Counted from the first letter of the stretch, positions 34,701-47,478 are shown. The stretch: DNA of 64,000 nucleotides from Macrostomum lignano (GCA_002269645.1 NIVC01002459.1:62001-126000), one strand, 5' to 3'. A program made the numbers and translations. Notes: generated from the sequence alone by a model not told the origin.

Positions 34701-36530
34701 CAAGATGTGACCAATTTATGGTGAATCCTTAGACTGCAATGATTGAGCGATTCAACTACACTCTCACAAATTAACTCTGGTTTGAATTCGATCTACAGGG
34801 TAATCAGAAGTGGTTGAAAAATACAACAACACAATTCATTCTGAGATTAAACTAAATCTTTAAGAGCGAGTACTATAACCTTCCTTTGAGTTTACAGATG
34901 TGAACCAAACTTTAATGTAGGTGACAAGGCGCATATCTATAGATATAAGGAGCACTTTGAGAAAGGTTGAAAAGTTTACTGGAAAATTTTGTAAGTGTTC
35001 ACCATTAAGAAAGTCTATCTGGTTACAAGTACTTTTCTTGTTGGCCTACGCGTAGTTGAATCGTTAACATCCTCAATCTTTTGCATATCACGTAGGCGCT
35101 ATTTATCAGTAGCTACAGATGGCATTTTTCTAAATAACCGTGGTTGTAAAATAAAAAAAACTAAAAGGATTGTTGCTAGTGCAGAAGGTGGCGCACACGC
35201 CTACTGCTGCCTGCAACAGTACAATACAATGGAGAGACAGCAAGAGACAAGTGGCTCTGGGGCAAGGATGAATAGAGGCCAGCGCACGAGGCCAACTTGC
35301 GAGGCCAATTCACGTGCTTATTCTCTCGCTATCGCGCCTACTTGTGTATTATTCGCCTAGACTATACAAGGAATAGAATTTGAAGAAACTTCTAACTAGA
35401 GCGGAGCCTAAAAGCGGCGCCTGCAGCCCCCCTGCGACCGAATAGGTACGTGCTCGGTCTGGTCCGCGGGAAACAACTCGTACGCAGACAGGCAATAGTC
35501 AAAACCGAATAAAATAAGATGAATGGAGCAAGTGTTTTTTGTCACTACCTGCATGGGCTTGTATTACTATTAGTTGGTGGCGAGAGAAAGATTAACCCTC
35601 TTAGCATTTACAATACCGAGTTTCTGTGTTGGCAGTTGCTACCCAGCAAGGTTGGGGCGAGATTAGTCAGGGTTTTGTGTAAAATACCTTCCGTCAACTG
35701 CCAACTTGTGAATTCTTCACAAGAGATAACTGTTTGGATTCTGGACTGCAAGCGGTGCCTATCTGAGGCATTTTTCAACCAAGTTTTTGTGTGATGTAGT
35801 GTACAATAGACTCATATGAATGACCTCACAAATGCTCTTTTTAAATATTCATACTAATAGATCTTTCTAGCACGCATTTATCAATAATTCGAGTGTAAGT
35901 TAAATGCATGATCTTAATTCAACTCATATCGCTACAGCTATATTTCCTTTATTAAATGTTGAAAATGTACAAGAACACTACATTACAGATACACATATAC
36001 ATATAACATGAAACCAGTAACGTCAAAGCGCTCACCAAGTTATTTAAACGACACTGCTGCTCCTTATCCAGGAGGCGTTCTAAACAGGCGCTCATGTTTG
36101 TGCAGCCGTTAGCAGCAGGACAGTCGAACTCCCCCTGTGGTTTAATACAAAGGCGTCATGAGTTCAACCGGCACATAAAGCTTTTAAATTTGACGTTAAG
36201 TTAAATTAACGTTATGCGGGACATTCTTGACTACAGTTTCCTGTATTAAGACTTGATTGCGATATATTTTGTAAAGGCTCTGAGTACTCGTAACTCTTCA
36301 TGGCCGTTTACAACGGCATAAAAAACAAATATGAACGCCATCAAACGGGTTGTATATCTACATTTTTTGCATCCAATTGTATAATTGTATTTAAATAACA
36401 ATTCTACATAAGCCAGTGAGTCAGTCAAATCACTTACTGCATCCGAACAATTTCTAATCGCAAATACGTCTTGAGGTCCGGTTAGCAGCAGCTGCAGGAC
36501 CAGCCAGAGTCCCAGCATGGCGCCTGCCAT
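22789..36530 (-). CDS. Large polycystin/REJ-type single-pass receptor-like gene, about 2600 aa. Approximate exons: 36530-36438, 32335-31232, 31156-30932, 30855-30763, ~30704-30582, 30448-29796, 29604-29007, 28947-28019, 27690-27204, ~27080-26533, 26443-26222, 26012-25684, 25628-24826, 24451-22789. Contains apparent frameshifts.
   Basis: Signal peptide MAGAMLGLWLVLQLLLTGPQDVFA. Cys-rich repeats (GCDNQPWSGLQTDVCKICGGNGRSC, DCNGDANGTAIWNDCGNCVGGRTG). IPT-like VRGQGFVNTPDLAC. REJ hallmarks YKWKI...LQGGQTYNLSV and VNAPPSGGALSVTPTQGAALETSFTL. GPS CRSW...W...C...TCVCHDISSF, S/T stalk, SEA-like FKNGSVLISF, TM IAVGASVGAFCLVVTFIVVILLM. Confidence 0.8.
33330..33960 (+). mobile_element. Degenerate Ty3/Gypsy pol remnant (aspartic protease plus start of RT) in intron 1 of the REJ gene
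   Basis: CVDTESKIS (decayed DTG protease motif); YPVP...VEIELKRLLGAGNIYP; after a frameshift, AVRICGDYSVILNR and EEILHAIPNAK. Confidence 0.8.
34090..35010 (+). mobile_element. Degenerate Polinton/Maverick remnant: possible PLA2-like ORF followed by integrase
   Basis: With stops and frameshifts: RYAWTVPFKKK, RLCVDEGKEF*N, AMIERFNYTL, GNQKWL, FNVGDK...YKEHFEKG, VFTIKKV (Polinton integrase pattern). Upstream INPVD..HNKNY...KHIADEKM...VKVCFGSG resembles parvovirus-type PLA2. Confidence 0.72.
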
Positions 36531-36809
36531 TTTTGTGAGGCTAAAATTTGTGTTGATTTTCATATTAAATAGCTTCTACCAGCTAGAAATCTATTGGCAA
36601 GTTTATAACTCGAAGTTACTCGAGCCTATGAAAATTTTACTGAAAAAAATTGCTTTCCTTAGAAAAAACATTTTTGGCAAGCAGATAAGCAGATTGTACA
36701 AATCCTAGCTAGCGATACGCATAAATTTGAATTGGAGGGGCCGCAACCCTTAGGGGCGCCACTATTTGATGTCTTTGTGGGCGCTCCCTGACTCTTTGAT
36801 GAGCGCCCC

Positions 36810-37075
36810 TGTTTCTTAGTTGGCGCCCCTGTCTCTGGGTTGGTGCCCCTGTCTCTTAGTTGGCGCCCGTGTCTCTTTGTTGGCGCCCCTGTCTCTTGGT
36901 TGGCGCCCGTGTCTCTTTGTTGGCGCCCGTGTCTCTTTGTTGGCGCCCCTGTCTCTTGGTTGGCGCCCGTGTCTCTTGATTGGCGCCCCTGTCTATTTGT
37001 TGGCGCCCCTGTCTCTTAGTTGGCGCCCGTGTCTTTTGATTAGCGCCCGTGTCTCTTGGTTGGCGCCCCCTACCT
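36810..37075. repeat. 20-bp minisatellite (TGGCGCCCCTGTCTCTTGGT)n
   Basis: Read directly; just upstream of the REJ gene start. Confidence 0.9.
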
Positions 37076-37764
37076 CTGTCTCTTAGGCCGGTTGATGAAA
37101 TGAAGTGAATCCTATTTCATTTAAGTCTTTGGATAAGGGAGGGATACCATGGTAAGGGAGGCCCAGAATATAACATATACATAACTTTCGGGGATAACGA
37201 GACGCAAGATAAACAGCTTTTGTTTTTAAAACTTGATAAAACTAAGATTTTTTAGGCTGTAACCCTTGAGCAACGCAGTAAAAACACTACTCAAAATCGT
37301 GAATATGAGCCGATTTACTCACCGAACTTATTAGAAGACGAAACGACGGCTATAGTCAAGTTTCTAGTTTTGTGTGCCACCAAGTTTCAGTTAGCGGCTA
37401 TTATGCGAAGAGTTTTGTATTCAACTATTCAAACCCTTCTTGAGGCTTACGAGGCTTCAAATGACCAATGAGAAATTTACAGTGCTATTATAAGTTATAG
37501 CCTGGTTCGCAGGTGCAAAAAGAGACTGAGAAAGTTGACTGGGGCGAGTGGGGCTCAAAAGTCCTGCAAAGGGTCAGTAGGACTGGCAACCGGAGACAAT
37601 TAGGGTTTGTTAGCAGCTCGTAAAAATGGAAATTCAGCAGGCTGAGTGCTTCGCACAATGTTGGAGTGGAGGAGCCTGGAAATGAGGTGGGCTGGCCTCC
37701 GGTGCAGTACAGGCGGGTCTACGACAATTGACCGCCACAATTGACCGGTTTTTGTTCAGAATTG

Positions 37765-38262
37765 TTGTTGGTTTAATTGTCGGTGGTTTAATTGTCGGTG
37801 GTCTAATTGTTGTTGGTTTAATTGTCGGTGGTTTAATTGTGGTTTAATTGTCGGTGGTTTAATTGTATGTGGTTTAATTGTCGTTGGTTTAATTGTCGGT
37901 GGTTTAATTGTCAGTGGTTTAATTGTCGGTGGTCTAATTGTTGTTGGTTTAATTGTCGGTGGTTTAATTGTGGTTTAATTGTCGGTGGTTTAATTGTAGG
38001 TGGTTTAATTGTCGTTGGTTTAATTGTCGGTGGTTTAATTGTCGGTGGTTTAATTGTCGTTGGTTTAATTGTCGTTGGTTTAATTGTCGGTGGTTTAATT
38101 GTAGGTGGTTTAATTGTCGTTGGTTTAATTGTCGGTGGCTTAATTGTCAGTGGTTTAATTGTCGGTGGTTTAATTGTAGGTGGTTTAATTGTCGGTGGTT
38201 TAATTGTCGGTGGTTTAATTGTCGTTGGTTTAATTGTCGTTGGTTTAATTGTCGGTGGTTAA
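37765..38262. repeat. 15-bp minisatellite (GGTTTAATTGTCGGT)n
   Basis: Read directly. Confidence 0.93.
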
Positions 38263-39384
38263 ATTATGGCGGTCAGTTGTCGGTCTCCCAGGACATGCTA
38301 CTCTGCTCTTACGATCTAGAAAGCGTGGCTATCACCGCGGTAAACAAAACATAAGCAATGAACATACACTCGATATAATGAGCCTTGTTTTCTCACGGTT
38401 TTAAATTTCAGTAATGTGCTCCACAAAATTAATTAATTGTCCTTGGTCGGTATTACATGTACACTTCAAGCAAGGACTCCTGACCTTAGGGTCTCCTTAC
38501 GGCGGCTGCAAGCACCTTACGATTTCCGGGTCGGTGAATGGTAGCCGCTTTGCAGTCTCCATCGAAATTTCTAATCTCCCCAACGACTTCCAACCAGAAA
38601 ACGTTTGTCAGAAAACGGAATAGCTATTAAAACCGTCTCACTCGCTCAAAGATGTCGATTCGTTACTTGGCAAAACAGAAGGATGATACTAAGATCGAAA
38701 AATTGGTAATTGGTAAAATATTATTAAGGCGGTTACACAACTACCACCAGTAAATGTGTTGTGACGTTAGGATACACCTTGTGTGCCAACAGGAAACTCA
38801 ATAAATTATTTTCAGACAGCTACTCGACATCGTAGTAAGGTGACGTTCTATTTGAAACGCAAGAAAGGCTAGAAATTGCTTATACGCTCGTAGAGGCAAT
38901 ACAGCGAGTGGACTTTTAATGACCCAGGGTACTACGTTCTGAATATAGAATACAAAATGGAATGCTTGGGCTTGAACACACTATAACAACGAGCTACATG
39001 TAGCTCTGCGGGTCCAAGGTTGCTCAAATCAATGTTAAAATGAGTCTGAATCAACTGTAAATAATGTGAACCGGCCTTTACATGTTCTTTACAGACTTTT
39101 TTAAGGAGTCTGCATGGTTCGATGCTCTAACCGCTAAACTACAACTCCAGTTGTGTCAGACTACAGATTTGTGTGCCAGACTACAGGTTTTCGTTTCAAA
39201 TTACAGATACTTCTGTCAGATAGCAGACAATGTGTTAGATTATAATTTTTGCGTAAGATTTTTGTGGCGAATTGCAAATTTGTATTAATAGCACCAATGT
39301 ATTGTCATATTATAGATAGATTATTGTGTCAGATAACCGATTTTTGTATCAGACTGCAGCTTCTGTTTTATAGAAGCCGATATT

Positions 39385-39740
39385 TGTGTCAGAGGTGTGG
39401 ATATTGTGTCAGAGGTGTGGATATTTGTGTCAGAGGTGTGGATATTTGTGTCAGAGGTGTGTATATTCGTGTCAGAGGTGTGGATATTTGTGTCAGAGGT
39501 GTGTATATTCGTGTCAGAGGTGTGGATATTTGTGTCAGAGGTTGCCGAAATTTGTGTCAGACATATGCCAATGTTTGTCTCAAACGTGCCGATTTCTGTG
39601 TCAGAAGTGCCGATGCTTGTGTCAAAAGTGCAGATGTATGTGTCAGAGGTCAGATGTTTGTGTCAAAAGTGCAGATGTTTGTGTCAGAGGTGCAGATGTT
39701 TGTGTCAGTGGTGCCGATAATTGTGTCAGAGGTTGCCGAT
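39385..39740. repeat. 21-bp minisatellite (GATATTTGTGTCAGAGGTGTG)n, degenerate
   Basis: Read directly. Confidence 0.85.
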
Positions 39741-40589
39741 GTTCGTGTCGATTGTTCAAGCGCAGAGTCCATGACAGAACGAGCTGACAGCGGAGGGCAG
39801 CTCAGTCAGTTCCATAAATCGGCCAGGGCCCAATTATGACAGAGGATTAATTTTTGCTAACCCGTCAACAACTTGACGGATAGCCAAACAGAAAAACGAT
39901 GATTTTCACTCAGACATCCGGGTGTAAATCTGTGCTCGCAATGTTTTTGCTTAGGTCTAGAAAGCATTATAAAAATTAGATTTGCGAAATGTGATTAAGC
40001 CAGTGAGCTCTGGCTATTGTTGTGAATAAATCCAGCTGGGAAAAATATTTACGTACTCCACATATAGTATATTGGCTTTAGCATCGACTCTCAAAGACTC
40101 TCTCGGGGACTCAATAGATAGAGTAACCGCATAAGTTAGAAGAGGTGTGCAATTAATTATCGGACGGGAGTTGGGAATAAACAATAGCAAATAGTCTATT
40201 GTGCCTGTGCAGTTGTGTTTCGTTATGCTTGCATAAAAATAAAAACCATAATAAAAAAGATTAGATTGCGTTCGTTGTGTTAGGAAAGAAAAACCGTAAA
40301 AAATCGTACAAAGTAACATCAAAATAGCGAATCAACTTCTATTCTTTAGTCCAGAAACAGACGATTAAATCTTAATATTCCACTAGAAGTAGAAGCAGAG
40401 TACATTTCGTTTCTAAAAATTTATGAGGCCTATGTTTGGCTAAACAACCGAGTAACCGCTACATAATATAATAACTAGATGGCATTCACTTAGCTCAGCC
40501 TAGCACATGTGCGTTTAAGCTACTCGTAATTTCAGTTCAGTACGTAGAAAGTCAAATAGAAGCATTTTAACGTTTTTTAGGACACCGAC

Positions 40590-41020
40590 AAGATTTTTAT
40601 TGGCCATCTCTTCCCCCCTCTTTTTGCACAAGATCTCTAACCCGGCCTGCCCCAATTTTATTGCCTTCTCGGTGTTCCAGTCTAAAGTTGTCATGTGCAT
40701 TATATAAGGGTGATAAGGCTCGCTTATTGGCTCTATCACCCCTCCCCCGGGTTTGAACCCCTCCGACCGCCTCCCCCGGGTTTGAACCCCTCCGGCCGCG
40801 ACCTTCCGCACAAAATCTCTTACCCCCGGCCTACCCCCACTTTTATTGCCTTCCTCGATGTTCCAGGCTAAAGCTCCCATGTACATCATTTAGGCTCATT
40901 TATTGGCTCTCTCACCCACCAACCCCCCCCCACTGAACCCCTCCGACTGCGTCTTTCCGCATAAAATCTCTACCCCCCAATTTTTATTGCATTCCTTAGT
41001 GTTCCAGCCTTAATCTGCGT
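40590..41020. repeat. Three diverged copies of a module of about 150-190 bp downstream of the TRAF stop, each carrying a minus-strand AATAAA
   Basis: Repeated AAAATCTCT...TTTTATTGC...GTTCCAG and GAACCCCTCCG blocks. Confidence 0.75.
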
Positions 41021-41282
41021 GCCACGTACATTTCCAGTGGGCAGTGGAGGTGACTAATGTACAGTATGGCTGCACCAATAGCCGGTTGTTTACGCCTACA
41101 AGTCATGGCAACTGCTTTTCTTTTCATAAATTACCTTTTCTGAATTGAAATTAGAAAAACTCATTAGTTTAGAGGAACTTTACCAAACAAATATGGCCTC
41201 ATATAACTTCTCAAGAAACGGAGTGTCCATTGCTAATTCCTAGTACTTTTAGCAGCGATCAATTGAGTTAATTATGAGCGAT

Positions 41283-44200
41283 TCACAGGGATACAAGTGC
41301 TTCGCAATCAACTTGCACTTTGAGAAACATTGAGTCGTCCTTGATGTAGTCCAACGTATTCAGCGTCTCCAGTCGGACAAATTTAACTGCTCCAAAGCTG
41401 GCGTTTCGTTCGCCGATGGGGCGGCCTAAGAAAGGCCGGTTCTCTTTGCAGGTGTTCGGCTTCAAAGAGTAGCTAATGTGCCGTCTGGCCTTTACGTCCT
41501 CGCATTGGTCCAGCAGCCAGATGGTGACGCGATGACCGAATGGCCAAATTAGCAATGGATCATTTTCGCTCTTGCATATGGACAGGAACACCGACATGTA
41601 CTCGCCGCGGCCTGCGGAGTTGGCGATGGAAGATGCTAACTGTTCTTTGAATGGCAGATATTGCAGATAGAGACTAAAAAAGGGAGAGGTGGAAACCTTG
41701 GAGGCTTTGGCTAAAGGTTTGGGAAGTTGTTTTCATGCTTGAACTTCAGGACGTTAGAAAAGTGCATACAAGCACGTACATGATAATATTTAAGGGGCTT
41801 AACGGGGCTGAGGTTTGGGAGCTGATAATTATTTGTGCGACTTCTGGGGAGAGGTTCGAGGGCTGCTAGTTATTTGTGCGACTTCTGGGGAGTGGTGTTT
41901 GAGGGCTGCTAGTTATTTGTGCGACTTCTGGGGAGTGGTGTTTGAGGGGCTGCTAGTCATTTGTGCGACTTCTGGGGAGTGGTGTTTGAGGGGCTGATAA
42001 TTATTTGTGCGACTTCTGGGGAGTGGTGTTTGAGGGGCTGATAATTATTTGTGCGACTTCTAAGGAGAGATGTTTGAGGGGCTGATAATTATCGCGATAA
42101 TTATTTGCGCGACTTCTGGCGAGAGGTGTTTGAGGGGCTGATAATTATCGCGATAATTATTTGCGTGACTTCTGGGGAGAGGTGTTTGAGGGGCTGCTAA
42201 TTTTGCGACTTCTGGGACGTGTGGGTGTGAGAGGAGGCGGAGACAGGTGGGTACTTGGGCCCCACCAGCTGAGACATTTTCCAACCTACCCTGACCATCG
42301 CCGTATAAACAGGTGGACAGGATCAGCTTGTACCCGTAGCGGTGCGTGAGGAACGGCGGGCTGAATAGAGTAGTCTTCTTGCCGCTTTTAGCTTCGGCCA
42401 GTCGCTCCTGATACGAGTCGATGCGCCACACCAGCTGCGGTCCGTACAGCTTCTCTAGGCAGGCAATTCGGCGTTCAATGCCGGCCAACTTTTTGGTGAG
42501 CTCGGCGGCCAGGCGCTCCTTCTCATTGCGAGCCTCCTCGCTGCGCTTGACGGCCACGCAGAGCAGCTCCATGTGGGTGATCTGGTTCTCCTTCAGGTGG
42601 GCCGGCAGCTCCTGCTTCTTGCCCTAGAGAGGTATTAGATCCGATTATAGGGTGCAGTCAGTCAATGATTGGACAGATTACTAAATGTACCGATGAATGA
42701 CTGCAGAGATGACTAGATGTACCGATGAATGACTGCAGAGATGACTAGATGTACCGATGAATGACTGCAGAGATGACTAGATGTACCGATGAATGACTGC
42801 AGAGATGACTAGATGTACCGATGAATGACTGCAGAGATGACTAGATGTACCGATGAATGACTGCAGAGATGACTAGATGTACCGATGAATGACTGCAGAG
42901 ATGACTAGATGTACAAAGAAGTGATTAGACAGTCCAAAAGCAAGGCAGATAAGTAAGTCAGCCGCTCACAGTGTGCGCGCAACCGTAGTTGGCGAACGGG
43001 CAGGGCTGGCTCTGCTGCAGACAGTCGCTATCCAGATGCTCCTGCAATGTCTCCCGCGTCACCTCCTTCTTGCTGCACTTGTTAGGACAGGGCACGGGAA
43101 ACTTCGGACACGCGTCCAAATGCTCGGACTCAGTCTCGGCCAGCATTGACAGCTCGCAGAACTGGCAAATCACCTGCCGTTTCGGGCAATCCTCGTCGCG
43201 ATGCTTCTGCTGGAAGCGTTTCTCGAATTCGGCTCCGCAGCGCATGGGGCAGACCGTGTGCATGCGGTCGCAGGACTCCAGGTGCGGCTGCGGTTGAGGG
43301 GTTCATAAATAATTTTGCTACTATAATGAAACAATTAGTTCTGTCAGTTCCATTAGTTCAATCAGTCGTCAGGCACTCTGGAATCAGTCCTGAGTCACTC
43401 TGGAATCAGTCCTCACTCTGGAATCAGTCCTCAGTCACTCTGGAATCAGTCCTGAGTCACTCTGGAATCAGTCCTCAGTCACTCTGGAATCAGTCCTGAG
43501 TCACTCTGGAATCGGTCCTGAGTCACTCTGGAATCAGTCCTGAGTCACTCTGGAATCGGTCCTGAGTCACTCTGGAATCAGTCCTCAGTCACTCTGGAAT
43601 CAGTCCTGAGTCACTCTGGAATCGGTCCTGAGTCACTCTGGAATCAGTCCTCAGTCACTCTGGAATCAGTCCTAAGTCACTCTGGAATCGGTCCTGAGTC
43701 ACTCTGGAATCAGTCCTGAGTCACTCTGGAATCGGTCCTGAGTCACTCTGGAATCAGTTCTGAGTCAATCTGGAATCGGTCCTGAGTCACTCTGAAATCA
43801 GTCCCGAGTCACTCTGGAATCGGTCCTGAGTCACTCTGGAATCGGTCCCGAGTCACTCTGGAATCGGTCCCGAGTCACTCTGGAATCGGTCCCGAGTCAC
43901 TCTGGAATCGGTCCTGAGTCACTCTGGAATCGGTCCCGAGTCACTCTGGAATCGGTCCCGAGTCACTCTGGAATCGGTCCTGAGTCACTCTGGAATCGGT
44001 CCCGAGTCACTCTGGAATCGGTCCCGAGTCACTCTGGAATCGGTCCCGAGTCACTCTGGAATCGGTCCTGAGTCACTCTGGAATCGGTCCCGAGTCACTC
44101 TGGAATCTGTCCCGAGTCACTCTGGAATGATTGTTTAGTCTCCCTCTACAAGCACTCCTAAGTCACTCAGGAATCCGCAACACCTTACCATGAGCTCCTT

Positions 44201-45797
44201 GAGCACGCCGGTCCACTTGCAGCCGCGGCCGTAGAAGCTGCATTTGACGCCTAAATTGTCCGTCTCAACTTGGAACGCTTTGTCCGCGTACACCTTGTCC
44301 TTGTCGATGGGCATCTGGTCCAGGGGACAGCGGGGCGCCACCCTGACAAGGGATAGGTAAGATTGTGAGGCTGTGTGATATAATGGGTTGATTAAGCCAT
44401 CCACTGCTTGTTGAGTCAGATACGAGTACTATCTACTCACTACTGAGCCGCTAACTACTCACTACAGAGCCATCTACTCACTACTGAGCCGCTAACTACT
44501 CACTACAGAGCCATCTACTCACTACTGAGCCGCTATCTACTCACTACTGAGCCGCTAACTACTCACTACAGAGCCATCTACTCACTACTGAGCCGCTATC
44601 TACTCACTACTGAGCCGCTATCTACTCACTACTGAGCCGCTATCTACTCACTACTGAGCCGCTATCTACTCACTACAGAGCCATCTACTCACTACAGAGC
44701 CATCTACTCACTACAGAGCCGCTATCTACTTACTACTGAGCCGCTATCTACTCACTACTGAGCCGCTATCTACTCACTACTGAGCCGCTATCTACTCACT
44801 ACTGAGCCGCTATCTACTTACTACTGAGCCGCTATCTACTCACTACTGAGCCGCTATCTACTCACTACTGAGCCGCTATCTACTCACTACTGAGCCGCTA
44901 TCTACTCACTACAGAGCCATCTACTCACTACAGAGCCATCTACTCACTACAGAGCCGCTATCTACTCGCTACTGAGCCGCTATCTACTCGCTACTGAGCC
45001 GCTATCTACTCACTACAGAGCCGCTATCTACTCGCTACTGAGCCGCTATCTACTCACTACTGAGCCGCTATCTACTCACTACAGAGCCGCTATCTACTCG
45101 CTACTGAGCCGCTATCTACTCACTACAGAGCCGCTATCTACTCACTACTGAGCCGCTATCTACTTACTAAAATGAGCCACTATCAACAAACAACCAAATC
45201 TACTTCTTTGAGACAGATATTTTTACCGTCAACAAACTGTCTTAAGACAAATAACAAGACAATGCACTCTCGGTCCTTAGCAACCGGGTAGAATTACCTG
45301 AGCAATTCGGGCAGACAGGAGCTGCAGCACCGGTGTCCACATTCGTCAAACTGCACCGGGTAGCGGAGCACCTGGCTGCAGACTGGGCATTCGTATTTCT
45401 TATTCAGCTCCTCTAGGAACACAACTTCGATCTCCTCTGTCATGCCGCCGATGGAGCCGCCGCCTCCGCTGCTGCTAGTTTTCGAATGACCACTGCTCGG
45501 CCGCACCGGCTGCAGGGTGCTCACTGATGAGGCGCGCTTTGCCAAGGTTGTCGGCTCCGCAACTGTCTCGACTGGGACAGGCTGCTGCTTCTGCTGCCTG
45601 GCAACACTTGAGGCGGCAGCAGAAACCGGCGGGACGCTGGCAATGCTGCCTCGCTTACCGCTGTTAGCATTGGAGCCTTTAGCCGGGTTGCCGCTAGCGT
45701 TAGTTTTGTTGCTAACGCCACTGGCGGCGGACTGCGGCGCCGCCTTCTTAACAGACGGCGTCGCTGGCTTCTGGGTTGCAGCCGCTGGTTCGGGCAT
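41283..45797 (-). CDS. TRAF4: TNF receptor-associated factor, TRAF4-like. 5 exons: 45797-45298, 44342-44189, 43287-42970, 42623-42290, 41611-41283 (544 aa).
   Basis: C3HC3D RING (CPVC...CGHRCCSSC...CPLD), about 5 TRAF-type zinc-binding units, coiled coil, MATH domain (WRIDSYQERL, FSPPFLTHRYGYKL, WPFGHRVTIWLLDQ, YIKDDSMFLKV). Splice phases are consistent. Orthology within the TRAF family is not proven. Confidence 0.9.
41815..42210. repeat. About 44-bp minisatellite in TRAF intron 4
   Basis: GGGCTGATAATTATTTGTGCGACTTCTGGGGAGTGGTGTTTGAG units. Confidence 0.9.
42685..42915. repeat. 32-bp minisatellite (ACCGATGAATGACTGCAGAGATGACTAGATGT), about 7 copies, TRAF intron 3
   Basis: Read directly; inverted relative of 47628-48075. 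Confidence 0.95.
43375..44128. repeat. 22-bp minisatellite (AGTCACTCTGGAATCGGTCCTG)n, TRAF intron 2
   Basis: Read directly. Confidence 0.95.
44430..45168. repeat. 22-bp minisatellite (CTACTCACTACTGAGCCGCTAT)n, TRAF intron 1
   Basis: Read directly. Confidence 0.95.
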
Positions 45798-46062
45798 TTC
45801 TGGCTCTGGTCAGCTCCGGCTCCGGCCTTCCCGGGTGCGTTGAGAGACAAAATAAATCCACTAGAAAACTGCCCACCACCCCAACCTCCTCTTCTCTTTC
45901 TGCTTTGCCGTTGCTAGGGGCGAGGCCAAATACACACGGCCAGGGTCTGCGCTCTTCTGTCTATCCCTCTGCCAGGCCAACCCATCTGTTGTGTAGCGAT
46001 TTTTCCTCATTATCTCCAGCTTCCCTCATGCAGCCCTCAGTTGCTTCCAGAAACTTCCACCC

Positions 46063-47478
46063 CCTCCTACAAACTCAGCAATCATATTATTAATTCCCAA
46101 CTTCATGGAGATGCAGCAGTTGTCTCTTGTATATCCCACCCCCTCCTACAAACTCAGCAATCATATTATTAATTCCCAACTTCATGGAGATGCAGCAGTT
46201 GTCTCTTGTATATCCCACCCCCTCCTACAAACTCAGCAATCATATTATTAATTCCCAACTTCATGGAGATGCAGCAGTTGTCTCTTGTATATCCCACCCC
46301 CTCCTACAAACTCAGCAATCATATTATTAATTCCCAACTTCATGGAGATGCAGCAGTTGTCTCTTGTATATCCCACCCCCTCCTACAAACTCAGCAACCA
46401 TATTATTAATTCCCAACTTCATGGAGATGCAGCAGTTGTCTCTTGTATATCCCACCCCTCCTACAAACTCAGCAATCATATTATTAATTCCCAACTTCAT
46501 GGAGATGCAGCAGTTGTCTCTTGTATATCCCACCCCCTCCTACAAACTCAGCAATCATATTATTAATTCCCAACTTCATGGAGATGCAGCAGTTGTCTCT
46601 TGTATATCCCACCCCCTCCTACAAACTCAGCAATCATATTATTAATTCCCAACTTCATGGAGATGCAGCAGTTGTCTCTTGTATATCCCACCCCCTCCTA
46701 CAAACTCAGCAATCATATTATTAATTCCCAACTTCATGGAGATGCAGCAGTTGTCTCTTGTATATCCCACCCCCTCCTACAAACTCAGCAACCATATTAT
46801 TAATTCCCAACTTCATGGAGATGCAGCAGTTGTCTCTTGTATATCCCACCCCCTCCTACAAACTCAGCAATCATATTATTAATTCCCAACTTCATGGAGA
46901 TGCAGCAGTTGTCTCTTGTATATCCCACCCCCTCCTACAAACTCAGCAATCATATTATTAATTCCCAACTTCATGGAGATGCAGCAGTTGTCTCTTGTAT
47001 ATCCCACCCCCTCCTACAAACTCAGCAATCATATTATTAATTCCCAACTTCATGGAGATGCAGCAGTTGTCTCTTGTATATCCCACCCCCTCCTACAAAC
47101 TCAGCAATCATATTATTAATTCCCAACTTCATGGAGATGCAGCAGTTGTCTCTTGTATATCCCACCCCTCCTACAAACTCAGCAACCATATTATTAATTC
47201 CCAACTTCATGGAGATGCAGCAGTTGTCTCTTGTATATCCCACCCCCTCCTACAAACTCAGCAACCATATTATTAATTCCCAACTTCATGGAGATGCAGC
47301 AGTTGTCTCTTGTATATCCCACCCCCTCCTACAAACTCAGCAATCATATTATTAATTCCCAACTTCATGGAGATGCAGCAGTTGTCTCTTGTATATCCCA
47401 CCCCCTCCTACAAACTCAGCAATCATATTATTAATTCCCAACTTCATGGAGATGCAGCAGTTGTCTCTTGTATATCCC
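46063..47478. repeat. 79-bp tandem repeat, about 18 near-identical copies, directly upstream of TRAF
   Basis: Period 79 is visible in the ORF track (46127, 46206, 46285, ...). Confidence 0.96.

Noticed and set aside
40515-40889. 124-aa ORF with an internally repeated WNxE motif
   Set aside because: It reflects the DNA triplication; the third copy has stops, and it lies in the TRAF 3' region.
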